DNA of 64,000 nucleotides. Source: an uncultured virus (IMG/VR IMGVR_UViG_3300028797_000117) (taxonomy: Duplodnaviria; Heunggongvirae; Uroviricota; Caudoviricetes). Below the pieces are notes generated by a model, which saw only the letters and a program-made list of their open reading frames with translations, did not search any database and was not told the origin of the DNA. Location of the stretch: IMG/VR virus record IMGVR_UViG_3300028797_000117. One strand, written 5' to 3'. Made by a program: the position numbers and the translations under genes. Of this stretch, positions 13,201 through 27,390 are shown piece by piece (position 1 is the stretch's first letter; each line of letters starts with the position of its first letter).

Positions 13201-16130
13201 GCATTTAATTCAAAAGTTCTTTCTCCATGATTATATCCAAAAATACCTTCATCAAAAGTACTTGAGGTAGATTCTTTTGCTTTACCAGCAACAACTCCTG
13301 TAAAAGTATTATCATTTTCTTTTTGACCGGCGGCAATTTGTGGAGTTAAAATAATTCCGCCTTCTTCATTTAATTCAATCGCATTTCCATTTCATTCATT
13401 TATATAAGCATTTCCATATGTATTTAAATACATTGCAATAGGGAAATGAATTTTTGCAATTTCATCAACACCCTCAGAAAGCACACAATAGTAAGCGTTA
13501 GTGACACTATTTCCATCATAACTTTCTTTTGAATAAAATTTCTTTCCAGAACTTTCTGTTTTTATAAGTAAATTTGGCGTTTCTTGCCAACTAGAAGTAT
13601 AAATTTGTCCTTGAATAGACCAATCTTCAGAAGCAGTAATTTTTTCTCCTGATTTTGCCACTTCTATTACAAAATCATTGTTTCCTCTATAAATAGGATT
13701 GCGGCCATCTTCTGTAAAAATGACTTCATCAAAACCAGATTCTTGAGGAATAACAATCTCATAACTTCCAGAATTATTTGCATTATATTTAATAAAAATA
13801 ATTGGATACATATAATATCAAGTTAATCCATTATATTGGAAAGTACATCTTAAAATATCTGCATCATAATTTCCTGCGCTAGTTCCTATAACAGGATTAC
13901 TAACACAAGTAATATCATTCCCGCTTATAACAAAATTACAATTATCTTGAATTAAATTATTATTAACTTTTGTATAAGTTCTTTTTACAAAATCATAAGA
14001 TACGGTTGGAGTAATTTCATTATTACTTCCAGTACTATCATAAATTAAATTTCCATCTCTATAAAATAAGGTTTTAAATGGAAACTGCCCACTAGGATGA
14101 GTAAAATTAAAACCTTTGTGAGAACTATCTTTATAATAATAATAAGCTTTTCCTTTAATTGTTGTATTAGGAGATAAATTAGGTTCTACTTTTAAATAAT
14201 AAGCAGTACCATTAGAACCATTCTCTCCTTCTTTTAAGAAAATTAAATTAGCTTTTGCTCTAATAGTTTTATCATCATAACTAATTTCTAATTTAATTGT
14301 ATTATCAACTGCAGTTGGGTCATATTTATTTTTTATTTCAAAATTTAATTGTTCACCATAAACCCCTGTTGTTTGTATATTTGTAAGCATAGTATTTTCA
14401 GTTGGATAAATCCAATTAATATTACTTGCCCCAATCTCAGAAGCAGAGATTTCTTCTCCTTCTGGATCATATAATGTAAAAGATAAAGGCATAATAACTT
14501 GAGGATTCAATAAAGTTTGACTAGCAGGAGAATTTCCATCTGTGTCATATTTAAAAACTTGCATCTCATTATCAATAGTAATATAATAAGAATTAAAAGA
14601 TTCTTCTTCCCCTCTTGTAATAAAAATTGTTGCTGAACCAATATCTTTATTATCAGTCACATCTTTTACAAAACATTTATAAGAAACCATTTGAAGAGGT
14701 TGTTTTAAATTAACATTATAAGTATTTGTTGTTGTAGTTGCTAATTCGCTATAATAAGTATCATCATCTAATTTTTGAGACCAATAATAATTTAAAGTAT
14801 GTCCTGCGGTAACTCCAGATACTGTACATGTTAAAGTGGCAGCCGCCGCAGTTGTTAAAGCTGGTTCAGAACAAGCTAAACTTACTGTATAATTAGAAGA
14901 TTTATTATATAAAGTAATTTCTCTTGCTAAAGTTAAAGAACTATTTTTATAAACTACTACACATTTATAATCACTTGATGGAGTAGTAATAGACTGTTTA
15001 GAAATTTCAATACTAGATTTATTTGTCTTATAAATTCTTTTCCCTGTTCCTTCTTCTATTGTATAATCATTAATAAGTTCTCATTGATTTCCGCCATAAG
15101 AAGAATATCTTTCATCTCCCATATAGATAGTATCATTAGCTTTAAACCAATAATAAGCAACATCTTCCGCTGTTATTTGTTGAAATTTTCTATTTTTATA
15201 AATTTCTGCTTCAATTAATCTTGTAGCAGTAGATGAATCATTTTCATCAAAATAAATTCCTTGTTTAGTAATAAGATTTAAAACATAACCAGATGCAGTA
15301 TCTGCAGGAAGTAAAACTGCTCCCATCATTTCAATATCTGAAACAAAAATATCTGCAGGTTTACTATCATCTCCAGTTGTTACAAACCCCTCTGAAAATA
15401 ATTCAATTTTTTTAATTTTTTTAAAATTTTCTTTATCAATACGGAATTTTGCACTTTGTCTCATAGCAACAGGTTGATTATAAGGCATTCCTAACATATT
15501 ATTAATATCTAAAACATAAGGTCTATCAACCTCTGTTCCAGTTAAAGGATCATCAAAAGTAAGGGTATATTTTAATCCATAGTTACCTTTAACTCTATTC
15601 GCTGGAGGTAAATTTGTTCTAAATTTTGCGGCAATAATTAAATAATCTGAATTTTTTAAATACAAATTTGCGGCATCCGCATTTATATCAAAAGAATAAC
15701 TAGGTGTTTCACCATATTCATATAAAACTATATTATCTGTAACTCGATAAGAATGAAGTCCATACAATGTTTCTTCATCATCTGAACAAATATTATTTCC
15801 AATATATTTAAAAACTGAAGCTTCTTCAACGCTAACAAAATTTTCTCCTAGTTTATCTACTGTCCCAAGGATAGTTTTTGTTTTATTCATGTCATTTCCA
15901 GGAATTAAAACATATACTTGTGTATCTGGAGTATATGTTGTATCAGGATCTTGAGCATATGCGTAAAAATATCCGCCTTGATATTTTACAGAATATTTTC
16001 CTTGAGTAGCAGACGCACATTTTACAATAACAGCTTGAACAGTTCTATCAAAAGTTGCATTTTTAACTGCATCATTAACAAGAACTTGAACAGCATCTAA
16101 TAATTGATTTGTAATTGTTCCACTATTCAT
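10281..16130 (-). CDS. Large tail-tip/host-specificity protein, 1949 aa (code 4)
   Basis: Six track ORFs (15081-16130 through 10857-11246) share one frame, each ending at TGA. Span is 5850 nt to TAA. GxxGxxG linkers and a coiled coil. Confidence 0.8.
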
Positions 16131-16234
16131 TCTTATTCCTCCTTTTTTCTCTCATCTTATATTATTATCAAAAATACTTAGTTGTTCTTAATTATATCTA
16201 CCCAAATAAAAAAAGAGACCTTATTAGTCTCTTT

Positions 16235-19200
16235 TTATTTGGTTACTCTTTGAGAAGCAACATTAACAAGATTTTTAATTGCTTCTTCTATTTCATTTGA
16301 ATTAGTTACATTAGGGAAATTAGCTTCTATATGAACATTTTGTTCTAATAAATCATTTCCACCAACTCCACCAACTGAGCCTGCTGTAACTCCAGCAAGT
16401 CTTGAAAGCACATTATTATTTAATGACATCATTAAATTTCTCATAATAGCAACTGTATTTAATATATTTTCAGTATCTTGAGCATTTAACACAAGTTCTT
16501 TTTGATGTAAGAAAGCTAATCTACCTCCATTACCCCAAGTACCTGTATATCCACCAGTATCAAATCCTTTGTCCTTAGCTCTTGCTCATGTATCTGGTCC
16601 AAATAATCCATCAACAGCTTTACCAGATAACCCTAATTTTTGTGATTGGAATTTTGCAACTGCAGTTTTAGTTTCATCTCCATACTGACTATCGGCTCCA
16701 TATTTAGGGAGTGCAAAACCTATAGACATTAAGAATTCTTGTAATGCTTTTGTTTTAGCTTTACTATTTTTAATTTCAGTCCATGTCGCTGGTTGAGCAA
16801 ATTTATCTGTGATTGTTGCATTAGATACTTTTGTTCCTTGATTTCCAGAAGCTTTTGAAGATTGAGGAGTTTCTCCGGTTGTTGTATCTGTATTAGTATT
16901 TTCTGCATTATAATCAGTAGTAAGAATTCCATTATTTTCTTCTTCTTCTTCTACTTCTTTAATTGCTTCTTCTTTAACATCTTTTAAATCTTTCCAAGAT
17001 TGTGTTACTAAATCAACTACACCTTTTTCTTCATTTAATTGCTTTAATAACTCTTGATTATTAGCTAATGTTGTATTCATTTCCGCCAATTGAGTTTTAT
17101 ACTCTGCAATTTTACTAGCTCCTTGTTCAATAATTTTATTAATTGCATCAATATTTTTATTAACACCTTGTTCTAATTGATCCAAAGGCCCTTCTAATGC
17201 AGTAATTTTATTTTCAATTTTATCTGCAGCATTATTTGCAGCTGCTTCTGCGGCTTCTCAAGCTTCTTTATTTTTATTTACTAATTCAGTATTTGCAGCA
17301 ATAGCATTTCCTTCAGATTTAAATTGAGGAATAAGCTCTTCCATAGTTTTTTGTTTATCTGCACAAGCTTGCGCATACGCGTCTGAATCTTCTCCATAAA
17401 GCATTTTTAAATCATCAAAAGCAGACTCATTTACGTTTTTCTCTGCTTCAGCTCTTTCATCTTGCCATTTTTTAATTTGATCATTATAACTTTGAATTAC
17501 TAATGCAGCCTCTTGTTCTTTTTCTTCTTTAGATTTAGTAGTATCTGCATAAATTTCTCTAATTTTATTTTGAGTATCTGCTTCAATTCCTAGAATAGTA
17601 TTATTTACTTCTAAAAATCTTTCTTTATCAAAATTATATAAATCTGTATATAAACTAGTTAATTTTTCTTGAGCTTTTCTAATATTTTCTTCATCAGCAA
17701 CATATTGATATCTATAATTACCTTGACTATCTCTTCTAAGTCTCATTTTATTTTTATTTTGTTGAGCCTCTTCAAGAGCAATTTGCGCTAATGTAATTTC
17801 ATATTTTTTATTTGCTCTATCTAAATCATATTTAGTTAGTTCTCCTTTTTTCTTTAAGGCTTCTAACTCTTCATTCATTGCGGCTTTTAATTTCTTTTGA
17901 ACATTTGGATTTGTAACTTTTTCGATTGATTCTAAATATTTAGATTCTAAATCTTTTTGACCTTGTAAATTATTAATTGTATCTAAATAAATATCAGCCT
18001 CTTTGCCAATTAAATCTCATTGTTCTCTTGCATAATCTAATCCTTTTCCACTTTCTGTTAATCCATTATTTAAAGTTTCAAGTGCTATTTCAATAGCATT
18101 AACTAAATCATTATTAATTGTATCAACATAATTGTCTAATGCTTCCTGTTCTGCGGCCGCCCTCTCTAAACTTTGTTGAGCAGCTTCATCTCTATTTTTT
18201 TCTGCTTCTAGCATAGCATTATAAGCTTGTTGATATAAGCTACTTTCTGTATCTCCTGCTTCAGCAAGTTGTGCAACTTGATCTTTAGCATTTTGTAAAG
18301 CTAATTCTTGAGTTGCTAAATAATTAGCACTTTCTTCATTTATTTGATGAGCATAATTTAATTGGGCTTCTGCATTATCAATTTGTGCTTTAGAAATTTT
18401 TTCTATTTTTGATGCAGCAGATTCTCCATATATTAATTGTATTAATTTCTTATTATGTTCTAATTGATCATTAATTTTTCCATAATCCTCTAATTGAGAA
18501 TCCATTAATTCATCAATTGCTTCTTTTTGCTCTCTAATTAATGAAAGTTGTTCTTTTTGTGCTTCTACATATCCAGTATATTCTTCCATAAATGCTTCAA
18601 GTTGTTCTTTATGTTTTTCCCAACCTTCTGCATCATTATCCCCAAAAATAGAAGCTCCTTGAGCTCTTAATTGATCATATTGAGCTTGTATTCTAATAAG
18701 TTGTTCTGTTTGATCTGCTAAATGACCTACTAGATTTCCATTATCATCTTTTGTTAAAGATGCTGCCATATTTTTTTGATTTAATTTAAAATTACCATAT
18801 CTATTATCTTCTGATAAACCATTAATAGATTTTTCAATAAAATCATTAACTTCAGTAGTTAAATCTTTAATATCAGCAGAATATTTAATTTTTATTTCAA
18901 AGGCTTTTATATTAATTTCAATTTGGTTGTCTAGCGCAGCTCTAATATTTTCTTCAATTTCAGGAATAAAATCTGAAGCTAATTCATCTGCTCTATTTAA
19001 ATCATTAACAAGTTCTTCATATTCTTGTTTAAGTGTTTCTATTTCTTCTAAACGAGCTTTATTTGTTTTATCGCTCTTCTTTTTTCTTTCTTTATTATAT
19101 TTATCAATTTTACTCTTAATTTGAGCTTCTTTTTTATCTAATATTGCTTGATAATTAGTAACAGTGTTGTCCTCTCCAAAAACAGCTCCTTGTTTTTCTA

Positions 19201-22200
19201 ATTTTTTCTTTAATTTATCTTGTTCTCCTTGAGCAATTTTTAATTTTTCTTTATAATTACCTATTTGAGTATTTAATTTTTTCCATTGTTCAAGATAATT
19301 TTTAAATAATTTTCCGCCTAAAAAACGCTCTTCATCCTTTTGTAGTTTTTTAAGTGTGCTATCTATTTTAGAAATTTGAGTATTTACTTTATGATAAATA
19401 TCTTTTTCAGGCTTAAAAGCCTCTGCTTTTTGAGGAGTGCTGCCTCCTCCGCCTCCGCTTCCACTTCCGCCAGAAGAGCCTCCTGTGCCACCTTTTATAG
19501 CATTTTTTCTTACTGCGCCTGTTCCTAAAGATTTAACTGAACCTACTAAAGTAGATTTTCCTTTGTCTTTTTGAGATTTTAAAACATAATAAGGTTCTTG
19601 TGGAACATTAACTTGAGTAGAAACATAACTAGTTTGATATTCTGGAGTGTATATAGTACTTGATGATTGCTGTGCAATTGCTTTCCCATTATTTGAATTA
19701 TAAAAAGTATTAGTAGCAGTTGGAGAAGTATGTTTTTTCCAAGTTACCGTTGTCACAGGATTTGTTTGTGTCTCAACTTTATCTGGTACTGGAACTGCCT
19801 CCAAATCTCCTTTTCATCCAAATTCATTTAATACAGCTTGAGCATCTGCTTCAGATAGCTTTGCTTTTTGAAAAAAGTTTTGAATATCATTTAAGGCTTG
19901 TTCATCTTTAAATATTGCTCCAATAGTTAAATCCGTATTATTTAATTTTTGGAAAGCATTTTCTGCCGCCTTAAAATCTGACATATTAACTTTTAAATCT
20001 AAAACATGTTGTTTTGCAAGTTTATATTCTAATCGATCTAAAGCTTTTGTATCTCCATCTAACATTTTTTGAATGTCTTTAAAATTATCTTTTAAGAAAT
20101 TTTCACTAACATCACTATTAAATAATTTATCAAAACTTTTCTTTAAAGCACCAACCGCTCTTGAAGTGTCTGTTCCAAATTCAGTTGCTTTTTTAGTTGA
20201 TTTTGCTCATTCTTTTAATAATTTTTCATTTTTTGAAATCGTTTCTGATAATTTTTTTGCATTTTGATTAAAAACTAAAGTAATTTTTGCTAATTCAGCC
20301 AATTCTTCTTCTGTTGCATTGATATATTTATGTAATTTTTTCATATCCGCAACCATAATTTTTATTGTTTCAGGATCTTCATTAATAGCTTCTCCCATTG
20401 ACTGATACATATTATCTAATCTTGCTTTTAGTTTTTTTGCTGACTCTTCAGGGTCTCAATTATTAATTGCTGTCTCTATTCCTTTTTCAAATTCTTGTTC
20501 ACTTTCTAATCCTAAAGTTTCAGCATCTTCTTTTGAAATTAATCCTTTTAAAAGACCTTTTTCATTATATTCTTTTAATTGTTGAATTTGAGCTTCTGAT
20601 AAAGCGCTATAATCTTTATTTACAATAGCATTAACTAAAGCATCTGCAAAAGTATTATTTTGCTCTCCTGTTTTTTTACTAATTTTTTCTACAATTGCAT
20701 CTGCTTTTTGTTCAAAATCTCCATTTTCAACTTCATTTTTTGATTGCGATGTTGCAATAATACTTGCAATTTCTTCTGCGGAATAAACCTTTTCTTCTCC
20801 ATTAACTTGAAAAGCAAAAGATCTATTATTATCTGTTCCTCGAACTCCATTTCCATTAGCAGCCGCTTTATAATTTTCAAAACCTGCTACTCCTTGAAGA
20901 TCTTTTAACATCTCTTTATAAATTTCATTATCATTTCCGCTAGCTTTATTAATACCAGAACCAGTATATTTATCTGCTAATTCTTTTGTTTTTGCAGTAA
21001 TTTTATCTTCTAATTCATTTCCTGCAACAATAGTTCTTGTATTAGTTTTATCCCCACCGTCACCAACTATAATTGCAGCAATTGCCTGAGCAGTATTTTT
21101 TAATTGTTTTTTTACATTATCAGATTGTTCTGCAATACCATCTACTTCTTCTTGATATTTTTGTAAAGACTCTGCATATTCAGCTTCAATACCTAATGAT
21201 TCTAATTTAGCCAAATATTCAAATTTTGTAAGATTACTTAAATCATCAATATTTTCCATAAATGTATCAACAACTTTTCTATTTTGTTGATAATTATTTG
21301 GAACCCCATCTCTTTGAAGATTTGTATCATAATATAAATTTGAATTAATTTTTGAACTTAATTTGTCTTTATCAATTTCAATTTGACCTTGATCCGCAGC
21401 TAAAGAAGCTGTTAAACTTGAAGCTTTCACAAGAGCAATTTGTTGTTTATATGTATCTATATAATCATCTAGTTTATCTTGATCTACCATTAGCGCACCA
21501 GAAGCATTTCTATAAAATAATCCTTCTACTTTAGCTAATTCTGGATATTTATTTAAAATATCTAAAGCAGCCATGTTTACATCATTTAACGCACTTTCCC
21601 ATTGTTTAGTTCCTTCTGTACAACTTTCTAAAGTGGCAACTAATTTATTATAATTTTCAAAAGAAGATAAAACATCATCTAAAGATTGTTGTAAATTTTG
21701 GCTTTCTTCATCTAATTTTTTTGCAGCTTCTCTTAAATTATCTACTTGAGCTTGAGCTTTTCGAGCATTTTCTACTAAAACTCAAATAATAGCTACCAAT
21801 GCTGCAATTCCAGCGATAATTAAAGATATAGGACCAAGCATTGCTCCTCACATTGCTGTAGCCCCTTCTGTTGCTGCGATTTCCGCAGTTGTAGTCATTC
21901 CTAAACTTGTAGCTAATTTAGGTAAAAATTTAGTTCCTACAGTATTAAATGCTCCTGAGATACTTTTCCAATTTTTACCAATCATTAATCCTTGAGTAGC
22001 AACTACTGCTAAAATAGATTTAAATTTTTCTCAAGAACTTAAATCTTTATCTTTTAATGTTTTTGAAACTCCGCTAACAGCAGAAATTGTAGACATTAAT
22101 AAACTAACTGTTTTAGTAATATCACTATATTCTTGAGCTAATTGTTTTTCATGCTCAAGTTGATTAATATTATTTTCTCTTTGTTCTTCTTCTGCTTTTA

Positions 22201-24484
22201 AAGCTACAATAGTTCCATCTGTAGACTCTTTTACTCCTCTTTGAGCGCCTTCTAAAGCATGGATTTTATCATTAGCATCTGCTAAATCTTGATTAATTCC
22301 TTTTAAAGCTAAAGCCTCTTCTTCAGGAGTTAAAGGCTCTCTATTTTTTATTTTATCTAAAATACCTTCAAGTTGTTTAGTTTCTTTTTCATATAAAGCA
22401 TATTGTTCTTTATCAATTTTAGTTCCATTCTTTTTAGCTTCATTAATTTCTTTTCTATAAGCTAAAATTTGTTCCATCGCTTGTCTTTCAGCTTTATATC
22501 TCTCTTGAGAATCGTGACTTCCGCCTTGATCTTCTTTTGCATATTCATTATATTTTTGAATAATTTCAGTAGCTTCTTTTAAATCTGAATTAATTTCTGC
22601 TCTTCTCTCTTTTTGAGCTTTTAAAGCATTATTAATATCATCTTCACTTTCAATTGTTTTCCCTGCTGCTTCAGTAGCAATTTCTTTCCAATTTTCAGCA
22701 AAAGAAATACGTTCTTTCAACTCTCCTATAGCTCTTAAATTATTATTAGCTTCAGCTAATTCTTGTTCATTTAATTGTTCACGAATTCCCAATATTTTTT
22801 CATAATATTGAGTTTCTAATTCTAATCCTTCTCGAGTAGCTCGACTTGTTGCATCGCTACCAGCAGTTTTACCTACTCAATCTTGTTGAGCAATTACATT
22901 AGCAGCATTTTGTTTTGAAATTTCTTTATTAATAGATTTTTTAGCAAAAGCTCCACCAATTTGTTTACTAAATAATGCTGCAGCATTTCCTCCAAGAGTA
23001 AGAAAACTACTAAAACCTCCCCCTAAACCAGTCATATATGTATTAATAGTTTTTAATGCTCCTGTTAATACATCTGTAAAAGTTTTAATTGCTTTACTAT
23101 CTAAAAGACTTGAATATAATTTTTCTGCTTGAGCAGACAATTTTTCCATATGAGCGGCAATACTATCTAAATAAATATCTTGTTGTTTTTGTAAAGCTCC
23201 TGTTGCATTTCTTGCACTGTCTACATTTTTTCTAAAGAAATCCCAATTTTCCATTAAAGCCATTAATTGAGTATATTGTCTAACTCCAGCAACATTTTGT
23301 GCTAATGCAACTTTTTGGTCATCATTTAATGTTTTCCATTTAGACCCCATCTCTTCTAAGATAACATCCATATCTTTTAATTGACCAAAATCATCTTTTA
23401 TACTAACGCCTACTGCTTGTAAAGCTTCAGCATATTTTCCTAAAGTAGTTCCATCTTCTAATGTTTTTCCAAGTTCTAAATCTTGAATACGAGCAAATAA
23501 TGTTTTAAATGCAGTACCTACGACATCTGCACTTTGACGAGTTGTCGCTGTAACAGTTGTTAAGGCGGCTGCCGCATATTCATAGCTTAATCCTACAGTT
23601 TTACTAACTGCTGCGAATTTCTCTAAACCTTGAGAAATTTCTTCTGAACTAGAGGCTGTTTCTGCTCCTAACTTAGCTAATACATCTGCATAATATTCTA
23701 AAGATTGAGAACCATCATAAAAGTTATTTCAAATGGCTGTTAATTGATCAGAAACTTCTTGCGCAGTCGACTCAGTTACATGGGCCATTTTTACAGTAAC
23801 ATCGGTTCTTTCTTTTACTTGATCTTCTACTAAACCTTGTTGATAATAAATCAATGCGGCTTGAGTATAATCTAAAGTACTAGAACCTAAACTTTGCGCA
23901 GCATTATTTGCATATTTAGCAAAGCGTTCCATATCTGCAGCAGATGCATCTGATACAATACGAATATCATTTAATGATTTATCTAATTTTTGTACATAGT
24001 TATAAGCTTTTTGGATAGATCCAGTAAAACTGTTCATAATACTAGAAGAAATACCGAATCTAATAGTATTAGACATGGTAATAGCCATTTTATCTAATCA
24101 AGCATTAGATTGTTTTAATTGTATATTAGTTGAAAGGACTGCTTGGGCTACTTTATTAAAAGCATTTGCCCCAGAAACTCCTCCGGCATCCATTTTAAGT
24201 CTTAAAGCATCTACACTTCCATAGCTTTCTTTGATACTGTTATTTAACTTTGTCAAATCTAACTGATTCAATTTACTATTTCAAGATTGAGTTAATATAG
24301 TAGATAAATGCTCTGCGGCTTTTGCAGCATCATTTAATTCTTGAGTTAGTTCTCCTTGAAATTTGGCTTTTGAAGCTGCAGAAGTAACTTCTTGTAATGC
24401 ATTTTTTAAAGATGCTAAAGACGTTTGATCAACTTCAAATTTTATATTCGCAGCAAATTGACTCTTATGTATTGAACCTGCCAT
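16235..24484 (-). CDS. Tail tape measure protein, 2749 aa (code 4)
   Basis: Eleven track ORFs are in one frame, joined by TGA. N-terminal TMP core (LDKSLNDIRIVS...YYQQGL), long coiled coils, peptidoglycan-binding-like segment, GFDTGGYTG motif near the C-terminus. Confidence 0.9.
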
Positions 24485-24591
24485 ATCCTTGTTCCTCCTT
24501 TTTTAATTTCTTCCAAAATAAAAAATCTTTCCTTCTTATCTAATTATGATAAAAAGAAAAGATAAATTGTTATATTTTGGCCTTGCTAAAA

Positions 24592-25137
24592 TTACATTAC
24601 TTTTCCATTATTTACTGCTTTAGCAAAATTTAAAACATTTTCAAATTTAGAAGGGTCAAAATTGTCTACTATTTGTTGCATTTCTTCTGCACGAATAGGT
24701 AAATTTTCAATTATATTATTAATAATCCCTGCAACAGTATTTTGATATTTTAATATATCTTCTTCTTGTTGATTTAAACTTTCACATAAAAAGTTATACT
24801 CATCTTCTTCCATATTTATTAAAACTTGGTCAATTAAACCGTTACTTTTTAATGTATCATATAATTTTACTTTATCTTCTTTTTGTTTTTCAGTAAAATT
24901 AATATTTGTATACATCATTAAAATATATAAATGAAAATATGCTTCTAACTTAATAGGATTATAAATAGTTTCTTCTTTTGCACTTTGTAAAGCTAAGTTA
25001 ATTAAATCATATTTGTCTTCTAAAGGTAAATATTTTAATACTTCAATTTGATTTCCATTAAAATCAAAAGTGTTAACTTCAATATTTACTTTTAATTTTA
25101 AATTTGTATAAGAAATTTTATTCATAAATAAATTCAC
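24592..25137 (-). CDS. Putative tail assembly chaperone
   Basis: Helical protein immediately upstream of the TMP. Confidence 0.5.
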   Translation of the reverse strand: MNLFMNKISYTNLKLKVNIEVNTFDFNGNQIEVLKYLPLEDKYDLINLALQSAKEETIYNPIKLEAYFHLYILMMYTNINFTEKQKEDKVKLYDTLKSNGLIDQVLINMEEDEYNFLCESLNQQEEDILKYQNTVAGIINNIIENLPIRAEEMQQIVDNFDPSKFENVLNFAKAVNNGKVM

Positions 25138-25199
25138 TCCTTTTTTCTCTTAATTATATTTTACAATTATTTTTCATTATTGTCAAAAATTTAATAATA

Positions 25200-26330
25200 T
25201 TATCGAGATCGTGTTCTAGAAGCAGATAAAACAACATTTCCAAATAAATTAGATAATCTATTTTTATTCATTTCTTCTGCAATTAAACTTGCCGTATCTC
25301 TAACATATACAGTATCTCCATCAGGATCATTATAAATAATATATTTTGCAATCATTGAATTCCCATTTGGATCTAAAAGACCCGTCCCTCTTAATTCATA
25401 ATTAAATCTCATATGAGCAAAATGGATATTAACTTCTTCAGGAGTTGCTGAATGATTTTTATCATTAGCATTCAAAATAGATAAACCTCTAAAAAAGATT
25501 TCTCTTTGAGTATTAGTACTATTATAAACTTGACTAAGAACACCTGTGACTGCTTTATAAAGCATAGTATTACCTAAATGTAATTGTAATCCAGTTAAAT
25601 TTCTTAAACCTTCATGCCCCCATCTAGTATATTGTTTATCTGTAAAAGTAGCATCTTTTAAATAATAAGCTAATTTATTTAATTTATTAGCATCTATATC
25701 AAAACCAACTTCAAAATCTATAGTTAATCCTTGGTTATCAATTTTTTGAGAACGACCTTTTAATAAATCTTTAGCTTGATATTTTGCTCCTAACTTATCT
25801 GCAGTCTCTTGAACACTATCTACAATAGTTCTTTTAAGATCTTCTGTTAAATCTTGCATAGCTGCAACATCAGCACTTTGAGAACCCACTAAAAAATCAT
25901 AAATTCTTCCAGATCCTCCAAATCGCTTATCTAAAGCTGCTTCTAAAGCTGCAAATTCTTCTTCAAAAATATTATCTACTCCATTAATAGTTTTAGTATT
26001 ATTACTTCTTCTAAATAAAGCAGAACTTTTTAAAGACCTCGCTTTTCCTGAATCTGCCCTAGCCGCATTTTCAATAGCAATAATTTCATTAATAAAATCT
26101 TTATATTCATCTACTAATTCTTGCTCAACAGAATCAATAGGAGGTTGTTCCATTTTTTTAGCAACATATTTAATTTCTTGTAAAATATTTTGAATTTCTA
26201 AAGCTTCTGCCATTAAACTATCTCTTATTAAATTATTTTGAACTTTGTTATGAACCTTTTGTAAAAGAGCGCTATAAGCCTGAGGATTATAAGAATATTT
26301 TCTACCAATCGCACTTGCCATAATAATCAA
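25200..26330 (-). CDS. Hypothetical protein
   Basis: 376-aa ORF with RBS. Confidence 0.7.
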   Translation of the reverse strand: MIIMASAIGRKYSYNPQAYSALLQKVHNKVQNNLIRDSLMAEALEIQNILQEIKYVAKKMEQPPIDSVEQELVDEYKDFINEIIAIENAARADSGKARSLKSSALFRRSNNTKTINGVDNIFEEEFAALEAALDKRFGGSGRIYDFLVGSQSADVAAMQDLTEDLKRTIVDSVQETADKLGAKYQAKDLLKGRSQKIDNQGLTIDFEVGFDIDANKLNKLAYYLKDATFTDKQYTRWGHEGLRNLTGLQLHLGNTMLYKAVTGVLSQVYNSTNTQREIFFRGLSILNANDKNHSATPEEVNIHFAHMRFNYELRGTGLLDPNGNSMIAKYIIYNDPDGDTVYVRDTASLIAEEMNKNRLSNLFGNVVLSASRTRSR

Positions 26331-26406
26331 CTCCTTTATGTAAAATAAAAAAGGAGGAGATAACTCTCCTCCATTATATCCCTTTTAAAATATTTATTTA
26401 ATTTAA

Positions 26407-27291
26407 TTAAAATGAATAATCTTCAGTATTACTATGAGGCATTACAGATTTTAATTGAGTTGTGTCATCTAATCTTTCATCTACTACTTGAATAACACAT
26501 AATACTTTTTTAGTATTATCAAAATAAGTATATCCTGGGAATGCATCCATAGTAAATGTAAATGTAGAAGGATCTCCTGTAGAAGCCATACTAAATGTAA
26601 AGTTAGATTGAATTTTTACATTTGGTAATGTAATTTCAGCAGGCATATCTTTTCCTGTATTTTCATCTCTAAATAATGTAGAAGCTTCAACATAATAATA
26701 TCCTGCGAAGTTTCCTGCATCAATTTGTAATTCAGAAACTTTAGATCCATCTTTAACAACATAGAAATCAACTAAAACAGTTTTATTATAATAACTAGAA
26801 GTAGCTCCTGATAATTTCTTTTCTCCAACTGTTAATCCTTCAATTAAAGTTCCTTCGATAGATCCATCTGCTTCAGTAATTGCAACAAAGATTGGAGCAG
26901 TGCTATCAATTGTTTCATTAGTTCCTAATGCATCAGTTAAATCAATTTCTCCTGTATTAGAAACAACTGCTGCAGAAGTTACATGTACATGAACATTACT
27001 TGTTCCTTGACTAAATAATCCAGCTCCTGATAATACTGAAAATCCGATTGGAGATAATAAAGCGTCTTCAACAGTGAAAGTTAAAGTTTTTTCACCTTCC
27101 CATGCGATTAAACGAGTATTTCCTCTACCACCTTGAGCATAAACTGTTGTAGATGCACCTTCAAGAGTAGATGTTTTAGCTGTATCAATATATAATACTG
27201 GTTGTCCAGCTCTGAATGTAGTGTTTCCAATTTTAGTAGCTGCTTTAGCTTTGAAAACTACATTACATATTTCTCTTACACCAAATTTCAT
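26407..27291 (-). CDS. Major tail tube protein
   Basis: MKFGVREIC...QGGRGN..LIAWEG...GDPSTFTF; position in the module, highly expressed codon bias, followed by a terminator. Confidence 0.75.
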   Translation of the reverse strand: MKFGVREICNVVFKAKAATKIGNTTFRAGQPVLYIDTAKTSTLEGASTTVYAQGGRGNTRLIAWEGEKTLTFTVEDALLSPIGFSVLSGAGLFSQGTSNVHVHVTSAAVVSNTGEIDLTDALGTNETIDSTAPIFVAITEADGSIEGTLIEGLTVGEKKLSGATSSYYNKTVLVDFYVVKDGSKVSELQIDAGNFAGYYYVEASTLFRDENTGKDMPAEITLPNVKIQSNFTFSMASTGDPSTFTFTMDAFPGYTYFDNTKKVLCVIQVVDERLDDTTQLKSVMPHSNTEDYSF

Positions 27292-27390
27292 AAGTTTTCC
27301 TCCTTTATAAATTATTAACTTTTCCTTGTATCACTTAATAAATATTGCTTAATCCATTAAGCAACTCTATACAATTCATTTATTAGAGTT

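Noticed and set aside
393..24484. Fragmented tail genes as pseudogenes of a decayed prophage
   Set aside because: All breaks checked are TGA, frames are preserved with no frameshifts, and the TGAs fall at Trp-typical positions, so recoding explains them.
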